A stretch of DNA of 64,000 nt from Candidatus Zhuqueibacterota bacterium. Lineage in GTDB: Bacteria > Zhuqueibacterota > Zhuqueibacteria > Residuimicrobiales > Oceaniaggregativiventaceae. Below are positions 39,236 through 49,229 of this stretch, one piece after another; the stretch's first letter is position 1, and each line of letters begins with the position of its first letter. A program made the translations under genes and the position numbers. The stretch is from the NCBI GenBank assembly GCA_014728085.1, contig WJMF01000164.1:1418-65417 (forward strand), in the 5' to 3' direction. The notes beneath the pieces were generated by a model that saw nothing but the letters and a program-made list of their open reading frames with translations, was not told the DNA's origin and did no database searches.

Positions 39236-41028
39236 TCGACCTTAAGGATGGACAGAAACGCTTCCTGGGGCACCTGGACTTTGCCCAGTTGTTTCATCCG
39301 TTTTTTACCTTCTTTTTGTTTTTCCAGGAGTTTGCGCTTGCGGGTAATATCGCCGCCATAGCATTTTGCAGTTACATTTTTCCTCAGTGCTTTAACGGTT
39401 TCGCGGGCGATCACCTTGCTGCCGATAGCGGCCTGAATAGCGACCTGATACATCTGGCGCGGTATGAGTTCGCGTAATTTTTCACAAACCCTTCTTCCCC
39501 ATTCGTAGGCTTTTTCGCGGTGAACCACCACAGACAGGGCGTCTACTTTTTCTCCGTTTAGCAGAATGTCGAGTTTGACAACATCTCCCGGTCTAAAGCC
39601 GACAAATTCATAATCAAAGGATGCATACCCCCGGCTTAGGGATTTCAAACGATCATAAAAATCGAAAATTACTTCAGCCAGGGGGAAATCGTAATGCAGG
39701 ACGGCTCGTGTTGTATCGAGATACTCCGTATTGTGATAAATACCACGTCTTTCCATTGCCAGGGGCATAATATTGCCGATGAATTCAGATGGTGTCAGAA
39801 TGTTGGCTCGAATATAGGGTTCTTCAATACGGTCGATGTTGCCGGCTTCCTGCAAGTCGGCGGGATTATCGACTTTGTGCATTTCATTGTTAGCGTCGTA
39901 GATATGAAACTCAACATTCGGCACAGTGCTCACCAGATCGAGTTCATATTCCCGTTCAAGCCGTTCCTGAATGATTTCCATATGCAGAAGACCTAAAAAT
40001 CCGCAGCGAAAACCGAACCCAAGGGCCATCGAGGTTTCCGGTTCGTAGAATAGTGAAGAATCGTTTAATTTCAATTTTTCGAGGGCACTGCGAAGATCTT
40101 CATAATTTTCTGCATCCGAAGGAAACATTCCGCTGAAGACCATGGGTTTGACTTCGCGATATCCGGGCAATGGCTTGGTGGCGGGAGTTTCGACAGTAGT
40201 TATCGTGTCACCGACCCGCGTATCTTTTACATCCTTGGCACCAGCGATGACATAACCCACTTCTCCTGCCGAGAGCTTCGTGGTGCGAATGTTGCCGAAG
40301 CGAAAGACACCCACCTCCTGTAGTTCAAAGGTTTTTCCCGTCGACATGAATTTGATCATTTCACCCGGGACAAGAGAACCTTCGACAATGCGGACATAGG
40401 CAATGGCACCACGGTAGGTATTGAAGACGGAATCGAAGATAAGCGCCCGAGTGGGGTGATCACTGTCACCGCCAGGAGGCGGAATTTTATTTACAATCGC
40501 ATTGAGAACCGATTTGACGCCCTCACCTGTTTTGGCGCTGGTTAAAAGGATTTCTTCCTCTTTACAGCCAAGCAGTTCGATGATTTGCTGTTTTATTTCT
40601 TCGACTCTGGCACTGGGTAGATCTATTTTATTGATTACCGGGATGATCTCGAGATCGTTTTCGATAGCGAGATAGAGATTGCTGACGGTTTGAGCTTCCA
40701 CGCCCTGGGCGGCATCGACAACCAGAACCGCCCCTTCACAGGCCGCCAGGCTTCTCGATACTTCATAGGTAAAATCGACATGCCCGGGCGTATCGATGAG
40801 GTTGAGATTATATTTTTGCCCATCATCGGCCTGGTATTCCATCGTGATGGCGTGCATTTTTATTGTAATGCCGCGTTCGCGTTCCAGATCCATATTGTCA
40901 AGGATCTGCTCCTTCATTTCCTCTTTGGTCATTGTTCCGGTAATCTCCAACAACCGGTCGGCCAAAGTTGATTTGCCGTGGTCTATATGCGCGATGATGC
41001 AAAAATTTCGAAGTTTGTCTTGTTTCAT
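39232..41028 (-). CDS. lepA: elongation factor 4
   Basis: [44 protein letters not shown]. Confidence 0.98.
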   Translation of the reverse strand: MKQDKLRNFCIIAHIDHGKSTLADRLLEITGTMTKEEMKEQILDNMDLERERGITIKMHAITMEYQADDGQKYNLNLIDTPGHVDFTYEVSRSLAACEGAVLVVDAAQGVEAQTVSNLYLAIENDLEIIPVINKIDLPSARVEEIKQQIIELLGCKEEEILLTSAKTGEGVKSVLNAIVNKIPPPGGDSDHPTRALIFDSVFNTYRGAIAYVRIVEGSLVPGEMIKFMSTGKTFELQEVGVFRFGNIRTTKLSAGEVGYVIAGAKDVKDTRVGDTITTVETPATKPLPGYREVKPMVFSGMFPSDAENYEDLRSALEKLKLNDSSLFYEPETSMALGFGFRCGFLGLLHMEIIQERLEREYELDLVSTVPNVEFHIYDANNEMHKVDNPADLQEAGNIDRIEEPYIRANILTPSEFIGNIMPLAMERRGIYHNTEYLDTTRAVLHYDFPLAEVIFDFYDRLKSLSRGYASFDYEFVGFRPGDVVKLDILLNGEKVDALSVVVHREKAYEWGRRVCEKLRELIPRQMYQVAIQAAIGSKVIARETVKALRKNVTAKCYGGDITRKRKLLEKQKEGKKRMKQLGKVQVPQEAFLSILKVD

Positions 41029-41060
41029 AAATACACTGACCTGATTTTCATAAAGACTAA

Positions 41061-41159
41061 AAGTTAATGAATTTATCGCGAGAAATCAATAGAAATAAAT
41101 TTATATAAATTCTCTGCTCATATATAGATATTGATTTTCATGGCCGGCTTTATTAACTT
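41061..41159. promoter_or_regulatory. divergent promoters for lepA and the tricorn protease
   Basis: TTGATT-N17-TAACTT on the minus strand (41061-41089) and on the plus strand (41131-41159). Confidence 0.55.
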
Positions 41160-41220
41160 TTCAATTGTAAAAAAAAAAAGCCTGTAGAGGCAAAACCATA
41201 TCATTGACAAGGAGAACAAA

Positions 41221-44200
41221 ATGAAAACAGTAAAGACACTTTCCCGCCCGCTTCGACAGGGCGGGGTTTTCGGGCAACGGTTGCTTTTGGTTCTGATCAG
41301 CTTTCTATGGATTGCATTGGGTTTTGCAGAGGAACCATTGATGCGCTTCCCTGATATACACGACAATTTGATCGTTTTTGTTTCCGGTGAGGACATCTGG
41401 TCCGTCCCGGCAGAGGGGGGAATCGCGACCCGCCTGACCATTCATGATGGTGAGGAGAGATATCCCAAAATATCCCCCGATGGTCAGCTTGTGGCCTTTA
41501 CCGGGGAATATGACGGCAATGCTGATGTTTATGTTATGAATATTTACGGCGGTGAGATCACCCGGTTAACCTATCATCCCGGCGAAGATCAGATTGTCGG
41601 ATGGCATGATTTAAAAAACAAGATCATTTTTCGTTCTCGCCGTCATAGTTACAACCGCTTCGAACGACTGTATCTCATTGCCCCTGACGGAACCGGGCTG
41701 GAGCAGTTGATTTTGCATGAAGCGGTACAGGGGAGCTTTTCGCCGGATGGCAATAAAATTGCTTATAATAAAGTGGCCCGGGAACATCGCACCTGGAAGC
41801 GCTACAAGGGCGGATTGGCCCAGGAGGTTTATCTTTATGATCTAAAGGAAGAAAAAGAAATCAATATCAGCAATTTTGAGGGTACCGATCGAATACCAAT
41901 GTGGATCGGTAACAAGATTTTTTTTAGTTCAGATCGCGAGCGGACATTGAATGTTTTTGCGTACGACACCGAGTCGCGAACCATTGAACAATATACAAAT
42001 CACAGCGAATACGATGTGCGGCGGCCCAGCATGGGAGGTGATCGTATCGTCTATGAAAATGGTGGTGACATCTGGATTTTGAATACGCAATCAAAATCTT
42101 ATCAAAAAGTACCTATAGAGGTACGCGCTGATTTTCCCGAGTTGCGACCCTATTTGAAAGAGGTCAAGTCCTATGTTACCGATATCGCGAGTTCTCCTTC
42201 AGGCAACCGGGCAATCGTTGTGGCGCGCGGCGACATCTTTACCATTCCCAAAGAAGAGGGGTCGGTCCGCAATTTAACCGCTTCATCCGGAGCCAGGGAA
42301 AAAGATGCGGTATGGTCTCCGGATGGAAGATATGTGGCCTATTTTTCGGATCAGAGCGGAGAATATAATCTCTATATTCAAAATACTGTAAACAATACAA
42401 CTCAAAAACTAACGGATTTTAAAGACGGCTATCGTCATACCTTGAAATGGTCACCCGACAGTAAAAAAATTGCCTTTGCAGATCAAACACTGAGCTGCAA
42501 TTATATCGATGTTGAACGCAAACAAATCGTCAATATTGACAAGGCGAAATATGAAAATGTTGATATATCTCTGGACCAAAAAGCGATATATGATTTCAAC
42601 TGGTCGCCGGACAGCCGTTATGTTGCTTATTCAAAAATGGATGTGGATTTGGTAACCAAGGTCTATATCTATTCTTTGGAGAGCGGAAAAGCACATTGCG
42701 TAAGCAATGGGCTTTTTAACGATTTTCATCCGGTTTTTTCTGCGGATGGAAATCATCTCTTTTTTATCTCCAATCGTCGTTTTGATCCGACGTTCTGTGA
42801 TTTTGAATGGGAAATGGTTTACAAAAACGTTGCCGGTATTTATGCGCTATCGCTTCACAAGGGCGTTCCGTCTTTGTTGAGTTTTCGATCGGATGAGGTC
42901 CGGGCTAACGAAAACGCAAAAGAGGAGACAGACAAAAGCGATTCAAAGGATGTTAACGTCATTATCGAGTTCAACGGACTCGAGGATCGTATAGAAGCCA
43001 TTCCGGTAGAAAGAGGAAATTACAGGCACCTGAGTGCGACGTCCACGGGCCTGTTCTATCTCAATAAAGACAAAGGTGACTTCAATCGATTCGAGTTTCG
43101 CCAGCCGGGGCCGATGGATTTGTACTTTTATTCTTTTGATGAGCGCAAGGAAGAAACAGTGGTGGAAAAGATCGACCGATACCATTTGTCGGCCGATCAC
43201 AAACATATTCTATACCAAAAGAACAACGACCTTTATTTCCTGGATGCCGATGCCAGGAATGGAGACGGCAAGGCTTTGAGTCTCGGTGATTTGACAGTCT
43301 GGCATCACCCTATGGCTGAATGGCTGCAGATTTTTAATGAAGCCTGGCGCATGGAAAGGGATTTTTATTATGAACCCGATATGCATGGTCTGGATTGGGC
43401 TGCAGAGAAGAAAAAGTATGAGAACCTGCTCACACGCGCCACTTGTCGTCAGGATATACGTTTTGTTATCGGTGAACTCATCGGTGAGTTGAATACCTCT
43501 CATACCTATGTATATGGCGGAGACCGAAAACGACAGGCAGAGAGAGTCAATGTCGGTCTGTTGGGTGTGGATTGGCAGGTCGACAAAGACCATAATCTCT
43601 ACAGAGTTGAAACAATTTACCAGGTGCCGGACTGGTCGCGAGAGATATATCCACCTCTGGCCAAACCCGGTGTGAATGTAGAAGAACAGGATTACCTTCT
43701 CAAAGTTAATGATGTACAGGTCACGGCCGATAAAAACATTTACAGTTATTTTCAAAATCTAGCCGGAAAACAGGTTGCCATCACCGTCAACGACGAGCCG
43801 GATTTGCAGGGGGCGCGAACGTTTATCGTCAAGCCGTTGAGAAATGAATATTTTTTACGCTACCTGAATTGGGTGGAACACAACCGTCTGGTTGCTGAAA
43901 AGGCATCGCAGGGGCAGATCGGCTATATTCATCTTCCTGATACCTATCTCGGTTCGGCGGTTGAATTTCCGAAATATTTTTATTCTCAAACCCGTAAAAA
44001 AGGGTTGATTATCGACGGCCGTTTTAATGGCGGAGGTCTGGACCCTGATATTTTCCTGAGAAGACTGGACAAACCGTTGCACAGTTACTGGACCCGGCGC
44101 TACTCTCACGATCAAACCACACCTGCTGTTGTTACCTGGGCACATAAAGTTCTCTTAACCAACCGGCAGGCCGGATCGGGTGGTGACGAGTTGCCTTATG

Positions 44201-44514
44201 AATTCAGACTTCGAAAAATGGGCCCGATTATCGGAACCCGAACCTGGGGAGGGCTTGTTGGTGTTTCGATGTTTATTTCTTTGATCGACGGCGGAGGATT
44301 GACCGCACCGGATTACCGTATTTATGATGTCAAAGGTAAATGGGTTATTGAAAACGAAGGTGTCGAACCGGACATTAGAGTTGATCTCCATCCCGCTGAG
44401 ATGGCCAGGGAATATGATGCCCAGCTCCAGCGAGGCATTCAGGAGTTGATGGACAAGATAAAGGAAGAGCCTCATGTCTGGCCGCAGCACGAGGAATTCC
44501 CGAAAGACAAATAA
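41221..44514 (+). CDS. tricorn-family S41 protease with signal peptide
   Basis: PD40/beta-propeller repeats, ELNTSH, PDZ region, GYIHLPD, AGSGGD, GTRTWGG, ENEGVEPD; RBS AAGGAG. Confidence 0.93.
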   Translation: MKTVKTLSRPLRQGGVFGQRLLLVLISFLWIALGFAEEPLMRFPDIHDNLIVFVSGEDIWSVPAEGGIATRLTIHDGEERYPKISPDGQLVAFTGEYDGNADVYVMNIYGGEITRLTYHPGEDQIVGWHDLKNKIIFRSRRHSYNRFERLYLIAPDGTGLEQLILHEAVQGSFSPDGNKIAYNKVAREHRTWKRYKGGLAQEVYLYDLKEEKEINISNFEGTDRIPMWIGNKIFFSSDRERTLNVFAYDTESRTIEQYTNHSEYDVRRPSMGGDRIVYENGGDIWILNTQSKSYQKVPIEVRADFPELRPYLKEVKSYVTDIASSPSGNRAIVVARGDIFTIPKEEGSVRNLTASSGAREKDAVWSPDGRYVAYFSDQSGEYNLYIQNTVNNTTQKLTDFKDGYRHTLKWSPDSKKIAFADQTLSCNYIDVERKQIVNIDKAKYENVDISLDQKAIYDFNWSPDSRYVAYSKMDVDLVTKVYIYSLESGKAHCVSNGLFNDFHPVFSADGNHLFFISNRRFDPTFCDFEWEMVYKNVAGIYALSLHKGVPSLLSFRSDEVRANENAKEETDKSDSKDVNVIIEFNGLEDRIEAIPVERGNYRHLSATSTGLFYLNKDKGDFNRFEFRQPGPMDLYFYSFDERKEETVVEKIDRYHLSADHKHILYQKNNDLYFLDADARNGDGKALSLGDLTVWHHPMAEWLQIFNEAWRMERDFYYEPDMHGLDWAAEKKKYENLLTRATCRQDIRFVIGELIGELNTSHTYVYGGDRKRQAERVNVGLLGVDWQVDKDHNLYRVETIYQVPDWSREIYPPLAKPGVNVEEQDYLLKVNDVQVTADKNIYSYFQNLAGKQVAITVNDEPDLQGARTFIVKPLRNEYFLRYLNWVEHNRLVAEKASQGQIGYIHLPDTYLGSAVEFPKYFYSQTRKKGLIIDGRFNGGGLDPDIFLRRLDKPLHSYWTRRYSHDQTTPAVVTWAHKVLLTNRQAGSGGDELPYEFRLRKMGPIIGTRTWGGLVGVSMFISLIDGGGLTAPDYRIYDVKGKWVIENEGVEPDIRVDLHPAEMAREYDAQLQRGIQELMDKIKEEPHVWPQHEEFPKDK

Positions 44515-44534
44515 TCCCGGCTATAAATCGATCT

Positions 44535-44569
44535 AAAAAGGGTGCTCTCACATGGGGAGCACCCTTTTT
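44535..44569. terminator. bidirectional intrinsic terminator
   Basis: AAAAAGGGTGCTCTC-ACATG-GGGAGCACCCTTTTT between convergent genes. Confidence 0.85.
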
Positions 44570-44609
44570 GTTTTTATATGCTTCTAATCGTCATTACGAT
44601 CATCTGTTG

Positions 44610-46778
44610 TTAATGTCGTTCGGGATTAAAGGGTTTGTCGAGGAGTTGAGTAAACCAAAAGTCTAAAGTTTTTCGGATTTGGTGTTTGTATTTGGGAAAT
44701 CCTATACCATGCCGTTCATTGGGATAGAGCATCAGATCGAAAGTCTTATTGTGGTCCTGCAGAACATCGATGAGCTGTATCGTGTTTTGCATATGCACGT
44801 TGTCATCCATGGTGCCATGGGTGATGAGGAGTTTACCCTTGTATTTTTTCGCATGGCTCATAACCGATCCAAAGGAATATCCCTGTGGATTTTCGTCAGG
44901 GTGATCCATATAGCGCTCTGTATAGACATTATCATATAAATGCCAGTCAGTAACCGAAAACAGGGCGATTCCATGTGTAAAGTATTCACTTGCAAAGGTC
45001 AGCGCCATACAGGTAACATAACCTCCATAGCTACCGCCGGTGATGGCGATTTTTGTTGAATCGACAAAAGGCTTTTTTTGCAGCCATTTGACGGCTGCAA
45101 TCAGATCATGCATTTCCCATTTTCCAAGATTGCGATGCATAAGGGCTTTTCCTTTTTTACCAAAATGACCGGATCCGCGATGATCGACGGACAGGTAAAT
45201 AATTTGATTTTGGGCCAGATAGTAATTGCTGAGGCGATGAAAGTCATTGGTAACGGATTTTGATCCGGGACCGCCATAAACCGAAAAGAGAACCGGATAT
45301 TTTTTCGATTGATCAAAATCAGGTGGCAAAATCCAGCAGGCCGGCAAATCATAGCCATCACCGGACGGAAGGGTAAACAACTCGGGGGTGCCGAGTTTGT
45401 AATGATCCATCCCGGCAAGGCGTCGGTCGCCCAGGGTCCGCAGCGTGTCGCCCCTGGTTGTAAAAAGAATCATTTGCCCGGGGTGATGAATGTCTTCGAA
45501 TCTGTCGATAAAATAGGTGCCTGCCGGAGAGACCTGGCACCTGTGCGTGCCCGGTTTACGGGTGATTTGTTTGAGATTTTTGCCGTTGATATCAATGCAA
45601 AAGAGTTGGGTTTCCGTTGATTTTTTGTTCGCATGAAAATATATTTTTTCATGGTCTTCATCGAGTCGTTCGATATCCCGTACGGCCCAATCGCCCTGGG
45701 TGAGTTGTTTTATTTTTTTGCCATCCAGGGAGCAGAGATAAAGGTGCGACCAGCCGCTTTTATCGCTTATAAATAGACAGAATTGATTGTCCTTCAGTAC
45801 ATGAAGGTCTTCTATAAAGGAAACCCAGGAATCCTGTTTTTCCGTGTAAACCGTTGCACTTTTCCCGTCAAGTGGATCAGCGGCAAATAGCATTAGCAGG
45901 TTTTGATCGCGATTCATCCATTGGTAAATCAGCGTTTTACTATCAGGTGTCCAGGTGGGCCAGGCAACATAGTTGTCCGCTCTGTTTTCAATGTCGATCC
46001 ATACGATTCTGCCATCTTTGATGTGGGCGACACCCAGCTTGACATCAGGAACCGGGTCTCCGGCTTTGGGATAATGCATCCACTCCAGCAGTCCGTGTTT
46101 TCCGTCGGCTTTATAGAGGGGAAAGCGGGGAACCTTTGAATCGTCGAATCTCAGGAAGGCGATCATGTCGCTGTTTGGCGACCACCAGAATGCTTTGTAG
46201 CGGCTGCGCCGGCCCAAAATTTCTTCATAATAGACCCAGGATGCCCGGCCGTTATAGATGACATTACTTCCATCGTCGGTCAACTGGTGCTCAAGGCCGG
46301 TTTCGATATCGAGAACGTAAAGATTATGATTTCTGGTATAGGCAACAGCATTGCCGTCCGGCGACAATGTCGGGTTTTTTTCCTGCAAAGCCTGGGCGGT
46401 GAGGGGTTTTAATTCCTGCTTGTCACGGTTAAAAAAATAAAGATTCCCGTCTTTTTGTAAAATGAATTTACGGTAATCCTCTGTTCGATCGGCGGCCCTG
46501 CGCAATGAAAAACCTTCGGGAAGCAAGGTTTCCTGGGCTTTATAATCCACAACAAGTGTGGTGTCACCGCTCCCGGCATTGATACGGACCAAGCGGTCGC
46601 GATCGACGAGCTCCAGATAGTGGTTCTGGTCCCACCAGCCCCGTATAGCCGGAAGGGAGGTGAGCAAGCGCGGCTCTGCCCGGTTGTAGACCTGATCAAA
46701 GGTTAATTTTTCTCCGGATTTGGCCGGCAAGGTGGTGAGGCCTGCTACAAGCAAAAGAAGAACAACCTGTCTTTTCAT
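44610..46778 (-). CDS. dipeptidyl peptidase IV (S9B family), exported
   Basis: WVYYEE, YPKAG, GGSYGG, DDNVH, C-terminal His; likely ATG 46778. Confidence 0.93.
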   Translation of the reverse strand: MKRQVVLLLLVAGLTTLPAKSGEKLTFDQVYNRAEPRLLTSLPAIRGWWDQNHYLELVDRDRLVRINAGSGDTTLVVDYKAQETLLPEGFSLRRAADRTEDYRKFILQKDGNLYFFNRDKQELKPLTAQALQEKNPTLSPDGNAVAYTRNHNLYVLDIETGLEHQLTDDGSNVIYNGRASWVYYEEILGRRSRYKAFWWSPNSDMIAFLRFDDSKVPRFPLYKADGKHGLLEWMHYPKAGDPVPDVKLGVAHIKDGRIVWIDIENRADNYVAWPTWTPDSKTLIYQWMNRDQNLLMLFAADPLDGKSATVYTEKQDSWVSFIEDLHVLKDNQFCLFISDKSGWSHLYLCSLDGKKIKQLTQGDWAVRDIERLDEDHEKIYFHANKKSTETQLFCIDINGKNLKQITRKPGTHRCQVSPAGTYFIDRFEDIHHPGQMILFTTRGDTLRTLGDRRLAGMDHYKLGTPELFTLPSGDGYDLPACWILPPDFDQSKKYPVLFSVYGGPGSKSVTNDFHRLSNYYLAQNQIIYLSVDHRGSGHFGKKGKALMHRNLGKWEMHDLIAAVKWLQKKPFVDSTKIAITGGSYGGYVTCMALTFASEYFTHGIALFSVTDWHLYDNVYTERYMDHPDENPQGYSFGSVMSHAKKYKGKLLITHGTMDDNVHMQNTIQLIDVLQDHNKTFDLMLYPNERHGIGFPKYKHQIRKTLDFWFTQLLDKPFNPERH

Positions 46779-47026
46779 AACGGTTCCTTTCCGTAATAAC
46801 ATCGTCAGGCGTTTCTATTCGAGTTATATTAAAATAGAAAATTTACATTAAAACTCAAGTCGTAAAAATGATGCCTGCTTTATCAATATTCATCTTCCGA
46901 GTATCCTCTCGCCTGCTTCTTTTCGCTTGATTTTACATAAGGCTTTATGTAGATTATTCACATATTTGCGAAATGGCGTTATGAGCGTTTGTTTGCCGCT
47001 ATGGCGGTTATTTCAGGATCTTGAAA

Positions 47027-48052
47027 ATGAATACAAAATATTTACTTTGCCTTTTATTTCTGTTTCAACTGTTTTATTTTCATTGCGCTTCCATTTTTCG
47101 GGGGGCGCCGCTGCCGGAGACGGGTTCGGTCGCTTTACGGCCTGACTTTAAACCCGAGAATGTTCATTATCGCCCGGCTTTATCGAATCCCCGTATTGTC
47201 GAGCTTGGGTTCAAAGCTGAATTGGAGATATTAAAGGTAGAGGAACCGTCCACCCCTTATTTGTTGATATGGTCGTTTTTGCCCACAGAGTCCCGGGCGC
47301 AACGGGGCTTTAAAATAAAGCAAATCAAGCCATCCGATTATCTGACCTATATCGATAGTCGTCACGGTAACCGATATGCATACTGGAATCTTGATTCCGT
47401 CGACAAGATTCCGGATATACAACTGCGATTTTCCTGTACTTGCTATGAACAAGATTATGATATCGATCCTGAGCGGGTTGGCGACTATGATCGCACCAGC
47501 GCATTTTATCGTTTTTACACCCGGGAGGATCCGGCCCTGATTCCCTTTGATCAATTGGAAACCAGCACCGTTCGGGTTGAGGAAAAGCAAAACGGCTTTT
47601 ATGCTTTTCAAGCTCTCGGCCGCGGCTATAGCGAAAATGACAGCACGCTTTTGCAACAGCATCGCAACCGGCTTCCGGATACAACGTCGGTGGGGAACAG
47701 TATAAACGCTTCTGTGCTTTTTTTATCCTATTGCCGGGCCAGTGGAATTCCGGCGAGATTGGTGACGGGTTATCGGATCACCGAAAGCGAAGCGGCGCCG
47801 TGGCACTGGATTGAATTCTTTCTACCCGAATACGGCTGGATACCCTTTGACCCCTGTGAACCGGCTGCCCGTATCGGCTACTGGCCCAATCGGTATTTTA
47901 TCTCAACAACCGGAATGAACCTTGAACTTCCCAATCTAAGCCAGTGGGTCTCATCAAACAAAAGTCAGACCCAACGATATGGATTGCGGTTCATCAAAAT
48001 CGTCTCGAATAATATACAGTTAGATAAAACGGTAGATGTAAAGGTTAAATGA
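47027..48052 (+). CDS. transglutaminase-like domain lipoprotein
   Basis: signal ending FHC; CRASGIPARLVTG, HWIEFFLPEYGWIPFDP. Confidence 0.75.
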   Translation: MNTKYLLCLLFLFQLFYFHCASIFRGAPLPETGSVALRPDFKPENVHYRPALSNPRIVELGFKAELEILKVEEPSTPYLLIWSFLPTESRAQRGFKIKQIKPSDYLTYIDSRHGNRYAYWNLDSVDKIPDIQLRFSCTCYEQDYDIDPERVGDYDRTSAFYRFYTREDPALIPFDQLETSTVRVEEKQNGFYAFQALGRGYSENDSTLLQQHRNRLPDTTSVGNSINASVLFLSYCRASGIPARLVTGYRITESEAAPWHWIEFFLPEYGWIPFDPCEPAARIGYWPNRYFISTTGMNLELPNLSQWVSSNKSQTQRYGLRFIKIVSNNIQLDKTVDVKVK

Positions 48053-49194
48053 AATTCCATTTGCCCCGGTTGGGTAACAGCCCCTATAGACTCGAAAAGC
48101 CGGAGGATGTCGCTACACCGCGGCTGATTCTGTTCGAGGATCGAATTCAGGCAAACATTCAACAAATGAGAGCGCTTTTAGCTGCGCAACATCTTGACCT
48201 GTCGTTTCGAAATTTATGTCCCCATGTAAAAACACACAAATCGGCCTATATAACCGGACTTTTAAAAAACGAGGGGATATCTTTTTTCAAGAGCTCTCTC
48301 AATGAAGTTGATTTGCTTGTAAAGTGTGGGGTTGACAAAATTTTCATCGCTTATCCGTTATTGTTACACGATGCGAGACGCTTGTTTTCATGGATGCAGG
48401 AAAACGATAAAATCGAGTGGTTTGTTCAAATTTCACATCCGGCACATGTTGATATTTTAAAACAAACCATGCCTGCAACGATACCGGCGCTTTATTATTA
48501 CCTGGATATCGACGTCGGCATGCACCGTACCGGTGCCTCGCCCGACTCTGCCCTGCAGTTGTGTCGTTATGCTGAAAAAATGAACGGTTTGAGATTTGCC
48601 GGCATTCATGCGTATGCCGGTCACAATCACAGCGCCGAGGCATCAGAGCGGCAGCACATTGCACATCAGAGCATGACCGACCTGCTCTGGTGTAAAAACC
48701 GCTTTACCCGGGAAGGGATAAACGTGCCCTCCGTCATGATTGGCGGCACTCCGGGGTTTCTGGCTGATCTGGAGGTTCTGTCGCAGGCCAATCCGGAAAT
48801 GACACTTTTTGTGTCCCCGGGAACATGGATATATTCGGACTCGGATCACGCAGGTATTTTGGATAATACCTTTGAGGTTGCAGCCTTGCTTTTGGCACAG
48901 GTCGTTGATTTGCCGGCGGAGGGACTGGCGACGTTGAACATCGGCCACAAGCGCTGGTCCATTGATCAGGGCCTGCCTGATGTTTTTAATGAAGCGGATG
49001 TGCGAATTAAAAGTTTTAGTGAGGAACATACCGTTCTGGCTCTGCCGGCGGGAAAAAATCTGAACATCGGCGATTATATCCTGATGGCTCCAAAGCATGT
49101 GTGTTCAACGGTGAATCTTTGGGAGTATGGTATTTTGGTCGATTCAGAAGGACAAATTAAACAGACTATTCAGATTGATGCGCGAAATCGTTAA
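48049..49194 (+). CDS. fold-type III PLP enzyme (D-threonine aldolase / D-serine dehydratase DSD1 family)
   Basis: PHVKTHKS, DIDVGMHRTG, HAYAGH, GGTP, SEEH, PKHVCSTVN. Confidence 0.85.
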   Translation: MKFHLPRLGNSPYRLEKPEDVATPRLILFEDRIQANIQQMRALLAAQHLDLSFRNLCPHVKTHKSAYITGLLKNEGISFFKSSLNEVDLLVKCGVDKIFIAYPLLLHDARRLFSWMQENDKIEWFVQISHPAHVDILKQTMPATIPALYYYLDIDVGMHRTGASPDSALQLCRYAEKMNGLRFAGIHAYAGHNHSAEASERQHIAHQSMTDLLWCKNRFTREGINVPSVMIGGTPGFLADLEVLSQANPEMTLFVSPGTWIYSDSDHAGILDNTFEVAALLLAQVVDLPAEGLATLNIGHKRWSIDQGLPDVFNEADVRIKSFSEEHTVLALPAGKNLNIGDYILMAPKHVCSTVNLWEYGILVDSEGQIKQTIQIDARNR

Positions 49195-49229
49195 CGGTGA
49201 TTGTAAATTGGCTAATATGGGGTAAAATT

